Positions 40,607-52,710 of a stretch of DNA of 64,000 nucleotides are shown in pieces. Made by a program: the position numbers and the translations under genes. The stretch's first letter is position 1. The number at the start of each line of letters is the position of its first letter. The stretch covers positions 20,708,001 through 20,772,000 of the forward strand of contig OX597842.1 in NCBI GenBank assembly GCA_951406725.2. The letters are read 5' to 3'. Source of the stretch: Octopus vulgaris. Taxonomy: Eukaryota. The notes beneath the pieces were generated by a model. It searched no databases. It saw only the letters and a program-made list of their open reading frames with translations, and was not told where the DNA came from.

Positions 40607-42662
40607 GGGCGCAGGAGTGGCTGTGTGGTAAGTAGCTTGCTTACCAACCACATGGTTCCCGGTTTAGTCCCACTGCGTGGCACCTTGGGCAAGTGTCTTC
40701 TACTATAGCCTCGGGCCGACCAAAGCCTTGGGAGTGGATTTGGTAGACGGAAACTGAGAGAAGCCCGTCGTATATATGTATATATATATGTATGTGTGTG
40801 TGTGTTTGTGTGTCTGTGTTTGTCCTCCCAACATCGCTTGACAACCGATGCTGGTGTGTTTATGTCCCCGTAACTTAGCGGTTCGGCAAAAGAGACCGAT
40901 AGAAGAAGTACTGGGCTTACAAAAGAATAAGTCCCGGCGTCGAGTTGCTCGATTAAAGGCGGTGCTCCAGCATGGCCGCAGTCAAATGACTGAAACAAGT
41001 AAAAGAGTAAAAAGAGTAAACTTAGCGGTTCGGCAAAAGAGACCGATAGAATAAGTACTGGGCTTACAAAAAAGAATAAGTCCCGGGGTCGAGTTGCTCG
41101 ATTAAAGGCGGTGCTCCAGCATGGCCGCAGTCAAATGACTGAAACAAGTAAAAGAGTAAAAAGAGTAAACTTAGCGGTTCGGCAAAAGAGACCGATAGAA
41201 TAAGTACTGGGCTTACAAAAAAGAATAAGTCCCGGGGTCGAGTTGCTCGATTAAAGGCGGTGCTCCAGCATGGCCGCAGTCAAATGACTGAAACAAGTAA
41301 AAGAGTAAAAAGAGTAAACTTAGCGGTTCGGCAAAAGAGACCGATAGAATAAGTACTGGGCTTACAAAAAAGAATAAGTCCCGGGGTCGAGTTGCTCGAT
41401 TAAAGGCGGTGCTCCAGCATGGCCGCAGTCAAATGACTGAAACAAGTAAAAGAGTAAAAAGAGTAAACTTAGCGGTTCGGCAAAAGAGACCGATAGAATA
41501 AGTACTGGGCTTACAAAAAAGAATAAGTCCCGGGGTCGAGTTGCTCGATTAAAGGCGGTGCTCCAGCATGGCCGCAGTCAAATGACTGAAACAAGTAAAA
41601 GAGTAAAAAGAGTAAACTTAGCGGTTCGGCAAAAGAGACCGATAGAATAAGTACTGGGCTTACAAAAAAGAATAAGTCCCGGGGTCGAGTTGCTCGATTA
41701 AAGGCGGTGCTCCAGCATGGCCGCAGTCAAATGACTGAAACAAGTAAAAGAGTAAAAAGAGTAAACTTAGCGGTTCGGCAAAAGAGACCGATAGAATAAG
41801 TACTGGGCTTACAAAAAAGAATAAGTCCCGGGGTCGAGTTGCTCGATTAAAGGCGGTGCTCCAGCATGGCCGCAGCCACATGACTGAAACAAGTAAAAGA
41901 GTAAAAAGAGTAAACTTAGCGGTTCGGCAAAAGAGACCGATAGAATAAGTACTGGGCTTACAAAAAAGAATAAGTCCCGGGGTCGAGTTGCTCGATTAAA
42001 GGCGGTGCTCCAGCATGGCCGCAGTCAAATGACTGAAACAAGTAAAAGAGTAAAAAGAGTAAACTTAGCGGTTCGGCAAAAGAGACCGATAGAATAAGTA
42101 CTGGGCTTACAAAAAAGAATAAGTCCCGGGGTCGAGTTGCTCGATTAAAGGCGGTGCTCCAGCATGGCCGCAGCCACATGACTGAAACAAGTAAAAGAGT
42201 AAAAAGAGTAAACTTAGCGGTTCGGCAAAAGAGACCGATAGAATAAGTACTGGGCTTACAAAAAAGAATAAGTCCCGGGGTCGAGTTGCTCGATTAAAGG
42301 CGGTGCTCCAGCATGGCCGCAGCCACATGACTGAAACAAGTAAAAGAGTAAAAAGAGTAAACTTAGCGGTTCGGCAAAAGAGACCGATAGAATAAGTACT
42401 GGGCTTACAAAAAAGAATAAGTCCCGGGGTCGAGTTGCTCGATTAAAGGCGGTGCTCCAGCATGGCCGCAGCCACATGACTGAAACAAGTAAAAGAGTAA
42501 AAAGAGTAAACTTAGCGGTTCGGCAAAAGAGACCGATAGAATAAGTACTGGGCTTACAAAAAAGAATAAGTCCCGGGGTCGAGTTGCTCGATTAAAGGCG
42601 GTGCTCCAGCATGGCCGCAGCCACATGACTGAAACAAGTAAAAGAGTAAAGAGTAAAAGAGA
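40607..42662 (+). mobile_element. SINE family B followed by a 12-unit tandem array of its 149-bp tail
   Basis: cttagcgg unit starts at 40874, 41021, 41170 ... 42511. Confidence 0.95.
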
Positions 42663-42744
42663 GAGGGGCAAAAATTGCTAAATCTGTTCAGTTCATGAGT
42701 TGCATATTCATTGTTACACACCTCAGTGCCTCCTTGTTCGTAGT

Positions 42745-43124
42745 GGATGGAAGCACTCCGTCGGTTGCGACGACGAGGGTTCCGGTTGATCCGAATCAAC
42801 GGAACAGCCTGCTCGTGAAATTAACGTGGAAGTGGCTGAGCACTCCACAGACACGTGTACCCTCAACTTAGTTCTCGGGGATATTCAGCGTGACACGGAG
42901 AGTGACAAGGCCGGCCCTTTGAAATACAGGTACAACAGAAACAGGAAGTAAGAGTGAGAGAAAGTTGTGGTGAAAGAGTACAGCAGGGATCACCACCATC
43001 CCCTGCCGGAGCCTCGTGGAGCTTTTTAGGTGTTTTCGCTCAATAAACACTCACAACGCCCGGTCTGGGAATCGAAACCGCGATCCTATGACCGCGAGTC
43101 CGCTGCCCTAACCACTGGGCCATT
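42745..43124 (-). mobile_element. tRNA SINE family A
   Basis: TSD ttgttcgtagt at 42734-42744 and 43123-43133. Confidence 0.9.
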
Positions 43125-43341
43125 GTTCGTAGTATTAAGTCGAATTCTCTATAGTTGAGTAAGACATACACTTGATGGTGCGAGACGTTGACAACCAATG
43201 ATCCGTTATACACCAGCCTTCATAAACCACAGTTAATCTGAACGAAGTTATTCTTTCAATGACAAGGTGAACCACGATACAAAACGGTTCGCATGTCTAA
43301 TGCTTGATATTGATTAGTTATCCTCAAGGCCTATATGAAAA

Positions 43342-43922
43342 CTAGCAGTATCGCCCGGCGTTGCTCGGGTTTGTAAGGGAAATAACTATACAGCATTTTT
43401 AGAGAGTTATAGCCAAAAAATAGCAAAAAAATGCATTAAAAATGGAAAAAATATGATGGTAAATTTTTTTTTAAATCGTTGATTCATCGTAGACATTTTT
43501 AGAGAGTTACTTCCCTTATATAATAGCGAAAAAAATGCATTAAAATGGAAAAAGTATGATGGTAAATTTTTTTTAAATCGTTGACTCATCGTAGACATTT
43601 TTAGAAAGTTACTTCCCTTCAAAAAAATATGCCTTAAATGGAAAAAAATGATGGTAAATTATTTTTTAAATCGTAGACTCATCGTAGACATTTTTAGAGA
43701 GTTACTTCCCTTATATAATAGCGAAAAAATGCATTAAAATGGAAAGAAATGATGGTAAATTATTTTTAAAATCGTAGACGCGTGCTAATACACAGAAGGG
43801 CTCGATATGAATCACGACTATAAGATACCCGGTTTTGGTTAAACTGCACCGCAAAATGTGGGAGTGGTTAGGAATCTAAAACGAAGGAGACAGACACACA
43901 ACTTCACTTTTATATATAAAGA
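43342..43922 (-). mobile_element. Non-autonomous Helitron (same family as 34513-34903, more internal tandem units)
   Basis: Same TC...hairpin-CTAG termini; internal repeats of atcgtagacatttttagagagttacttccc. Confidence 0.8.
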
Positions 43923-44268
43923 TTTGAAGTCACCAAAGCACTGAAGGTTTATGAAAATCTCTTTTTAATTTTATAGTGTTACAACGACAGATGAATGTGA
44001 TAAATTGTTCTATGGTAAACAGCTATTGTGAATTGCACCATTGAACATTTAAATATTTTACAACCATCTAAATAACGTGGAGGCGCGATGGCCCAGTTGT
44101 TAGGGCAGCGGTCTCGCGATCCAAAGACCGCGGTTTCGATTCCCAACTGTGTTTACTTGTCCTGTATTCCATTGCTTCTCGTTGTTTACGTATTTTATGT
44201 AGTTTGAACCGTTGGTGACATCCTGTACCCATATATGCATGTGTATATATTATATATCATTTACTATT

Positions 44269-44303
<35 letters not shown>

Positions 44304-44640
44304 TTGTACCCCCGCCATACCTTTGCAACTAATAATGCTGTGTTTACGTCTCCGTAACTTAGCCCTTTGGTGAAACAAACTGATAAGATAAGTAATAGGC
44401 ATACACAGAATAAATCCTGCAGTAAAATAACAATACTATGTCATTTTAATACCAAGCAACGCCGGGTATCTCTGCTACTATACACACACACACACACATA
44501 ACATACGCTATGATGGCAAGACCGAGAAGGTGTGTCTTTTTGTGAGTACAATTAGTGAAATCATGGTACAAACTACCTGGCCATACTGACGGCTGCGGAT
44601 ATATATCAACAGAAAAGGAGAAAGTAACATTTTAGTTTAC

Positions 44641-44732
44641 CTCTACTCCTGGACAGCTTGTCATTTCAGAATCCTTGCACCTCCTCCCTGAAAATCCTTC
44701 ACACTGCAAGTTCTTTTGAAATAACGTGTAAT
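44641..44732 (-). CDS. aGPCR extracellular Cys-rich exon
   Basis: tag|AT YTLFQKNLQCEGFSGRRCKDSEMTSCPGVE|gtaaac; phase 1 fits the LRRCT exon. Confidence 0.75.
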
Positions 44733-44911
44733 CTACAGAAAATAATATAATATCCGTATTTCGGAACCAAATAGTGTAATGTACAGCACAAACAGGAAAC
44801 ATTTACTTAGTGACTCATACATATTAATGTTGGAACCAACATTTATTACACACATGTGAGTGAGAACAACTTTCAGATATTTTTGGTATCTAACATATGT
44901 CAGATACTGCG

Positions 44912-45067
44912 AGCGCTGCTTCTGATTGGTCAATCCATGGTGATGACCCGAGGTCACGGTGACAGCGCTGCTTCTGATTGGTCAATCCATGGTGATGACC
45001 CGAGGTCACGGTGACAGCGCTGCTTCTGATTGGTCAATCCAAGGTGATGACCCGAGGTCACGGTGAC
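44912..45067. repeat. Three 52-bp tandem repeats
   Basis: agcgctgcttctgattggtcaatccatggtgatgacccgaggtcacggtgac at 44912, 44964 and 45016. Confidence 0.92.
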
Positions 45068-45163
45068 GGCACTACTTTTGTCATTCATAAGTTACAACTA
45101 AACGTGAAGAATTTAGTTATTGGGTTAATAAAATATGGTCGTTTATTCGTGTGTAATAAATAA

Positions 45164-45304
45164 AATACCAAACTCATTCTCTATGGATACCGTATTTATT
45201 ACAAGTGGCTTGTAAACGTATCTAACTCGCTTTCGCTCGTTAGATACGTTTCCAAGCCACTCGTTGTAATAAATACGGTATCCATAGGGAACTCGTTTGG
45301 TATT
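45164..45304. repeat. Imperfect fold-back palindrome (MITE- or Crypton-like)
   Basis: aataccaaac...ctatggataccgtatttattacaa...aaacgtatctaac tcgctttcgctc gttagatacgttt...ttgtaataaatacggtatccatag...gtttggtatt. Confidence 0.75.
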
Positions 45305-45774
45305 CTCTTTATACTAAATATATAAAAGAAATTATCAATTAAAACTATAAACATGTTTTTGTTTTCATTTGGAAATGCTTCAGTTTTGTTACAAATTCAA
45401 CAAAACAAAGCGTAAAAGTTACTTGTTCGAATGCTGGGGACTTATTGCATCTCAGAAATGTCATTATGTCAGTAATAAACATACGCACTGATTTTAATTT
45501 GCCTCTTTATTATTCGTCAGTTGGTTTGTTATTTAATGAATTAACAAATCAATTGCATGATTGATCATTCGATTAATCTCTCAATCAGACTCCTGGTCAG
45601 TTTCAGATCTGTCTATTTGCTTGCTAGATTTTTGCTTATATATATATGTAGTTGTATGGATGGCAATGGATTTGTACAAGAGAGAGAAAAATAGATAGAT
45701 AGAAAGATAGATAGATAGGTTGATAGATAGATAGATATAGATAGATAGATATAGATAGATAGATATAGATAGAT

Positions 45775-45822
<48 letters not shown>

Positions 45823-45834
45823 ATAAATAGATAG

Positions 45835-45907
<73 letters not shown>

Positions 45908-46630
45908 GGGATTGAAAAAGCAAGTGTATGAGTGTATATGTGTAAGTGTGTGTGCGCATGTTCATACATAGGTTCACTCTGGTGGGCATCTGCGCGGATG
46001 TGTGTTTGTGTGGTATTGTTGATTCTGTGAATGCCTTACATAGAACATGTGAGTGTCTGCGTGGGATTTTATGTGTGTGTGCGCGAGAGTGTGTGTATGC
46101 GCGCGAGTTCATGTGTATGTGCGTCGTGGGACTTGTGAAGGGTTTCGAAGGCAATGCGTTTAATTCTTTATGTATATACTTTTTATCTTATATTAAACTT
46201 TTTAATACTTTTTGATAGTTATATATATTTTAAAAAATAAATTAAAATAAAATAAAAATAATAATATAAATAAAAATAATAAATATATATATATATAAAA
46301 TTTATATATATAAAAAATTTATAAGTATAAATTAATAATTTAAAAAATTTTTAACTTTAACTTTAAATAATTTAAATTTTGAATTTTATATTTTATATAT
46401 TTTGTATATTATATTAATTAATTTTATTTCTATGTTTTGGTTTATGTTTTTCACTGTTTGATTTGCCTAATAGTGGTTTTATCTCTAATTTAATATATAT
46501 ATATATATATATTGTTGTATTTAGGAATGGTCATTTTGCCAGTTTAGCCAATAAAAACACACGCACTATATATTTGGTGTTACTTTGCTTCAGTGTTATT
46601 TATTTTTTACATTAATCTTAATCTTATTTT

Positions 46631-46675
46631 GGCCAGAGTTCTTTCGTCACACCCCTGTGACCGCATCAGTGGTCC
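46631..46675 (-). ncRNA. Variant minimal hammerhead-like motif
   Basis: GGACCA-CTGATGCG-GTCACA gggg TGTGAC-GAAAG aa CTC-TGGCC. The core is a variant and stem III is nearly absent. Confidence 0.4.
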
Positions 46676-46858
46676 TTTGTTGTCTTCTTACTTATTTGTG
46701 TCTCTCCTTACTAACACGGCTTCACATAAAAAATCTTGCACAACAAATATTTAAACGTATATATATATATATATATATATGAACAAAAACTTATCACTAT
46801 GGACTCCGTGTGGGCAGTCATCTGAAAGTGTTTGTTCATCATGATGCTGACGTAAGTT

Positions 46859-46953
46859 CCTTGTCTTTCCTGATGAGAAGGCGGCATAATGCACCCCTTA
46901 TTCCTTCGAAATTAGGAATATGCAGTCTTCGAAACATATGTCGAGAATAAAGG
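46859..46953 (+). ncRNA. Type I hammerhead ribozyme motif (Penelope-type, long stem II)
   Basis: TTTC-CTGATGA-GAAGGCGGCATA...TATGCAGTCTTC-GAAAC ATAT GTC-GAGA. Stem III is the palindrome ACATATGT, predicted cleavage is after 46942, and AATAAA follows. Confidence 0.75.
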
Positions 46954-47268
46954 AATTTTGTGAAATCGTCGTTCAACTCTATTCTTTCATTTATTTGTAT
47001 TAAAAAAAACACACACAAATTTCCACACGAAAGCACGTGATCTCTGCCCTTAGCATGTAGCTTCAACCGTGTTTTACTGACGTGAATTTGCTACCCGGGC
47101 ATCGGTTAACCGAATTATCCATACTAGGATAATTCATTCAACGACTTATATATATATATATATTGATCTCTTTCATAAGACATTATAATTTGGGCAGCAG
47201 AGAATGACCTGGGTTTCTATTTATTGGTAAACGTAAAGAACAATAAAAGCAAGGAAGATTTTACTAAC

Positions 47269-47426
47269 TTATACATTGCCAATATTTCAGTATAGATGTT
47301 TCTTCGCCAGAATCTGTAAAACACTCGCCTTTGACATCCACAAATGTATTGTATGTATTTCTCGTATAATTTACTACTGCTGGTAGGTGACATCCACACA
47401 TCATGTCGTTATTGCCACTGAGGTCT
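47269..47426 (-). CDS. aGPCR last LRR + LRR C-terminal cap exon
   Basis: cag|A DLSGNNDMMCGCHLPAVVNYTRNTYNTFVDVKGECFTDSGEETSILKYWQCI A|gttagt. Confidence 0.85.
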
Positions 47427-47565
47427 CTGTAATTATAAGGAGAACTTTAAAAGAACGCGCTTCAGATCAGCAGAGAAGCGCCAGCTGGAGGAGGCGCAAT
47501 GGCCCAGTGGTTAGGGCAGCGGATTCGCGGTCGCAAGAACGCGGTTTCGATTCCCATACCGGGCA

Positions 47566-47768
47566 TTTTATTTTTTTTCAATTTATTTTATCTATCTTCA
47601 GCTCATGAGCTGTGGTCATGCTGGTGCACGGCCATTTAAAATGAGGAATGCTTACAGCACCTAGGTTTCCCAAGCGGTCACCCATCTAAGTACTAACCAG
47701 GCTCGATGTTGCTTAACTTCGGTGATCGGACGAGAACCGGTGCTTTCAATGTGATATGGCCGTAAGCC
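47566..47768 (-). mobile_element. 5S rRNA + CR1-LINE tail chimera (SINE3-like)
   Basis: 5S is followed by aaatggccgtgcaccagcatgaccacagctcatgagctgaag and an A-rich tail; this matches the LINE ends at ~22300 and ~35423. Confidence 0.75.
47648..47767 (-). rRNA. 5S rRNA-derived sequence (full length, dispersed, probably non-functional)
   Basis: GCTTACGGCCATATCACATTGAAAGCACCGGTTCTCGTCCGATCACCGAAGTTAAGCAACATCGAGCCTGGTTAGTACTTAGATGGGTGACCGCTTGGGAAACCTAGGTGCTGTAAGCAT; A box and C box are recognisable. Confidence 0.88.
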
Positions 47769-49367
47769 ATATTGTGAGTGTTTATTCAGCAAAAACACCT
47801 AAAGCTCCACGAGGCTCCGGCGGAGGGGGTGAACCCCGCTGTACTGTTTCACAACAACTTTCTCTCACTCTTTCTTCCTACTTCTGCCACAAAGCAGAGG
47901 AACCATGGTGTAACCCATTATAGTGTGGTAAACGTTCAGACCCTAGTCTAGATTGAGAATCCTCTGTACCCCAGGATGGTTCAGTTCTCCACCCGTTAAA
48001 AGCCACCGTTTACGGAATGAGGATAACAACGTAGCTTTCGCGCCCGTGCAACCGCCAGTCTATCGCATGTGGTGGGTGGATCTTCAAGTTGCCACACGCA
48101 TTCTTAGTAGCTTAGAGTAGACTCGAATTAGAGACTATTCTTTGTAGCTAATGGCGTGAGTCCTGATTGAAAGAAGAAGAAGAAGACGTCAGCTGGATTC
48201 CACATGAAACAAGGACTATGTAATTTAAGCAAGTGTATATAACTTACGACGTTCATGTTCTTTCTTTCCTAGGTGTTAATAACAAAAAGTGAAATGGTTA
48301 CTTGTGGAAACTGTAAAGTTACTACATTGCTACACTCATAACTTATATCTTGAATAATAAAATCCTTTGAAGTAAGGAGAAATTTCATAGCCACTGGAAG
48401 TGACTTATTTATATCGCAGGTTAGGGATGTTTTGGTGTCGGAAATTTTATGGTCGTGATTTTGAACCACCGCCTATGAGAAACTCTCAGTCAGTTAGCGC
48501 TAAAGAATGTTCTTTTATTCTACATAAGAATTGTTCTTAGAACTGTGCACGAACCACAGCAGAAAGTTTATAAAATTATAGAGTTTTACTTCTTTTAGAT
48601 TCTGCCGCAGAGCTGTATAGCAAATACCCACGAATAACAAGGTAGGAAATTAATACCATTATATTTTTACGATGTCAATTTAAATAACATTTTCTTTCAG
48701 TAACAATAAATCTTTCTACTAAAGACACAAGACCTGAGATTTTTCGGGAGGAGACTGGTAGATTACATCTTCAACTGGTATTTATTTTATCGACCCCGAC
48801 AAAATGCTTGGATATAATTATTTTCATATATTAAATTTTAAACCAACTCAACGTGGTTCATTGTCAACTGCATAAAATACTCTTTTACTCTTTTACTTGT
48901 TTCAGTCATTTGACTGCGGCCATGCTGGAGCACCACCTTTAGTCGAGCAAATCGACTTATTCTTTGTAAGCCTAGTACTTATTCTATCGGTCTCTTCTGC
49001 CGAACCGCTAAGTTACGGGGACATAAACACACCAGCATCGGTTGTCAAGCGATGTTGGGAGGACAAACACAGACACACAAACACACATATATATACATAT
49101 ACACGACAGGCTTCTTTCAGTTTCCGTCTACCAAATCCACTCACAAGGCTTTGGTCAGCCCGAGGCTATAGTAGAAGACACTTGCCCAAAGTGCCATGCA
49201 GTGGGACTGAACCCGGAACCATGTGGTTGGTAAGCAAGCTACTTACCACACAGCCACTCCTGCGCCTATAGTTGTGAATAGTTGTGAATTTGATGATCTC
49301 CCTTTATAGTATTAGAGTTATATAATGTCCTACTTTCCAAAGAAATAAAAACAAAACTTGTACATAC

Positions 49368-49439
49368 ACATGACGTATGATGGGCAGGAATAAGAATGCG
49401 CCATCCTCATATTTTTGTATTCGGTTGTGGCCCAAATTT
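49368..49439 (-). CDS. 72-bp LRR exon
   Basis: cag|A NLGHNRIQKYEDGAFLFLPIIRH GT|gtatgt; phase 2-2. Confidence 0.85.
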
Positions 49440-49961
49440 CTGAAAGGAAGAAACAAAATTAATTCAAAACACATAAAGTTCACTAAATCTGTTTTCCCCT
49501 GTTAAATAATTTCTAAATTTCTCTTTAGTCAACTCTGACACTGTAAACGCATGTAATGGTGAATAAAATACAAGCCAAGTAATAACAAGAGCAATGATCA
49601 CCAAGATGTGATAGACAAAACAAAGTGCTGAAGATAAACGTATACAAATATATAGGCGTCAATCTTTATATATTTAATACATGGTTGGTATAACGAATAA
49701 TAATAATTCTAATATAAGCAGAAATCATAAAATTATCTGGGAGGGGATTAGTAAATCACTTCGCCCCCAGTGGTTCACTGGTGCTTAATTTATCGACCTT
49801 AAAAGGTGAGGGGCCACCTCGGCGGAATTTGAACTCGGAACATAGCGACGGCGAATTTCCGCTAAGCACTTCGCCTGCCTTCTAGCAGTTGTACCAGCGC
49901 GCCGCCTTAACCAAGAATAATAATAGCGATAATGATAATAATAATAATAATAGCGATAATG

Positions 49962-50126
<165 letters not shown>

Positions 50127-50140
50127 TGACCAGTAACTAC

Positions 50141-50810
50141 AAGTAACTGCAAAATATGTGGAGATGGACAAGAAACAATAAATCATATTATCTCTAGCTG
50201 CCCAGTCCTGGCTAAGAAGGAATATATTCACAGACATGACAAAGTTGGAACCTACATACACTGGAAGCTATGCCAACATTATGGAATAACAACAGAAAAA
50301 AGATGGTATAGGCACACACCAGAAAAGGTCACAGAAAACGAGAAAGCAACCATACTCTGGGATATGCCGATACACACAGATAGAGAAATTAAGGCCAACA
50401 GACCAGATATAGTTGTCAGAGATCATGAAGAAAAAAATGCTTTCTAATTGATGTATCAATACCGGAAGATGACAACGTGTCTCTAAAAGAAATGGAGAAA
50501 CTCTCAAAATACAAAGACCTGGAAATAGAGGTAACTAGAATGTGGAATCTGAAAACGGAAACAATTCCTATCATAGTAGGTGCATTAGGCATGATAAAAA
50601 AATATTCAGACAAATACATAACAAAAACACCAGGACTTACAAACACATATAACATACAGAAAATTGCACTACTAGGCACTGCACACATCCTACGCAGAAC
50701 ACTTTCCATACAATAACCATCAGAGCATCACAACAAATCACAGCACATACCCAAGGCACACAGAGCTGCGCTCGGTAGTGAAGTGAAAGCACGCTATAAA
50801 AATAAAACTA

Positions 50811-50815
<5 letters not shown>
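50141..50815 (+). mobile_element. Dong/R4-clade LINE 3' fragment (near-identical family to 17216-18045)
   Basis: Same RLE C-terminus and 3' UTR; flanked by (TAA)n on both sides. Confidence 0.85.
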
Positions 50816-50887
<72 letters not shown>

Positions 50888-50890
<3 letters not shown>

Positions 50891-52659
50891 TTTAAAGCTT
50901 TTTGCAAAAAATGACCAGCAACTCAAGGGCTTACTAGCGATAGTCAAACAATTCAGTGACGACATCAGAATGCAATTCGGCCTCGATAAATGTGCAAAGG
51001 TTACCTTTATCAAAGGAAAAATGACAGAAACATCTAACGTTAACCTTGACCGGCAGAATGTCATAAAAGAACTAGACCCAGCGGAGAGCTACAAGTACCT
51101 AGGGGTAATTGAAGGGAACGGAATAAGGCATTCAGAGATGAAGGAAAGGATCAGGAGAGAATGCTATCGAAGAGTGAGAGCAATACTCAAGACAGAGCTG
51201 AATGCAAGAAACAGGATCGAAGCGATCAATGCATTAGCCATACCAGTCGTGACTTACAGTTTCAATATTGTTAACTGGTCAATTACTGAAATAAGTCAGC
51301 TCGACAGAAAAATAAGGAAACTGTTGACAATGCATAGAATGCACCACCCTAAGGCAGATACAGAACGACTCTATCTGCCAAGAAACGAGGGAGGCCGTGG
51401 TCTTTTGCAACTGGCAATAACAATGAAGATTGCTACAATTGGCCTAGACACCTACCTGAAAAATTCTGAGGACTGGATGTTAAAACTTGTCTCAAAACAT
51501 GAAAACAAGAAAGCATCATACTCAGTCACAAAACAGGCAAAGGAATATCTAAGTGAATTCCGAATACAACCAATTTCGGAATTAGAGATAGACATACAAG
51601 AAACAAACACAGAAAAAGCTAGGCGCATGAAAACCCTTGCCAAAACTGCGGCCTTAGATATTCTGAATAATAAATGGCAAGAAAAACTTCTCTATTGAAA
51701 ATACCCAAAGAGAGCGAATAATGCAGATATCGACAAAGCCCTGACCCATCAATGGCTAATGGCCTCTGGCTTAAAATCTGAAACAGAGGGGTTTATCATA
51801 GCAGCTCAAGATCAATGCCTACCAACAAGAAACTACCAGGCCAACATATTAAAGAACGGCAGTAGCCCAACATGTCGTGTATGCCGACAACAAAATGAAA
51901 CCATTGACCATGTTGTCTCCAAATGCAGTCTTCTAGCGCCTACAGAGTACCTCAGTAGGCATGATAGAGCAGCACAATATATTCACTGGGTAATTTGCAA
52001 AAACCTGGATTTGCCCCATGAAAAAAAACTGGTGGGAACACAATCCACCTCCTGTGCTTGAAAATGACCACATCTCACTCCTCTGGAACTTCACCATTCA
52101 AACTGACAGGAAGATAGATGCAAATAGGCCAGACATCATATTGAAAGACTTCAGACAAAGAACATGCCTCCTCATTGATATGACTGTCCCAATCGATATA
52201 AACGTATCTGTCAAGACCTACCAAAAACTGAGCAAATATAAAGATCTTGAAATAGAAATCAGCAAAATGTGGAAGCTGAAGACTAAAACAATACCTGTTG
52301 TCATAGGTGCCCTGGGAATGATAGCGAAAGGGACTGATTGCTACCTAACTCAGATACCAGGAAACCCCAAAATGGCAGAAATTCAAAAGATAGTGCTCAT
52401 GGGAACTGCTCATATCCTATGCAAAATACTCTCTATGTAATCCCAAGGTTTAAAACAAATTTTTTTTTTTGTTTATTTATTTATTTTTTAATTTTTTATT
52501 TTTAGGTATTAGACATTCACTAGTACAACACCCAAAAAAAAGCAAAAAAAAAAAAAAAACCCAAATATATGGCACAGAACTTCTAACCTGTTGTCTCTTG
52601 AGGTCTCTGGGTGAGACTTGGAGCCAACTTGTACAGACATAAAGCAAAAGTCAAACATA

Positions 52660-52660
<1 letters not shown>
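50888..52660 (+). mobile_element. Dong/R4-clade LINE, second subfamily (RT end, zinc knuckle, RLE)
   Basis: DLKLFAKN...MQFGLDKC...YKYLG...RLYLPRNEGGRGL...CRVC...HVVSKC...NRPDIIL...IDMTVP...KYKDL. Contains stops and frameshifts and ends in (TAA)n. An older remnant follows at ~52720-53460. Confidence 0.9.

Positions 52661-52710
<50 letters not shown>

Larger units (their letters stand above)
40603..43296 (-). pseudogene. Disrupted aGPCR exon (Cys-rich, possibly HRM-like) split by two SINE insertions
   Basis: Removing 42745-43133 and 40607-42662 gives TCEPFC...WCITDHWLSTSRTIKCMSYSTIENST*YYEQGGTEVCNNEYATHELNRFSNFCPY A|gtaagt. Phase 0 to 1 bridges the neighbouring exons, but the acceptor is weak. 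Confidence 0.55.
47487..47880 (+). mobile_element. tRNA SINE family A interrupted by the 5S-derived element
   Basis: Head at 47487-47565; the body resumes at ~47771 (ttgtgagtgtttatt). Confidence 0.85.

Noticed and set aside
40874-42662. CRISPR-like regular array
   Set aside because: The units are contiguous, near-identical SINE tails with no unique spacers and no cas genes, and the context is eukaryotic.
47648-47767. Functional 5S rDNA locus
   Set aside because: It is a single copy inside a SINE, has no native upstream flank and is fused to a LINE tail.
48269-48469. Additional aGPCR exon
   Set aside because: No convincing splice-site pair, and the flanking LRR and LRRCT exons already join in phase.
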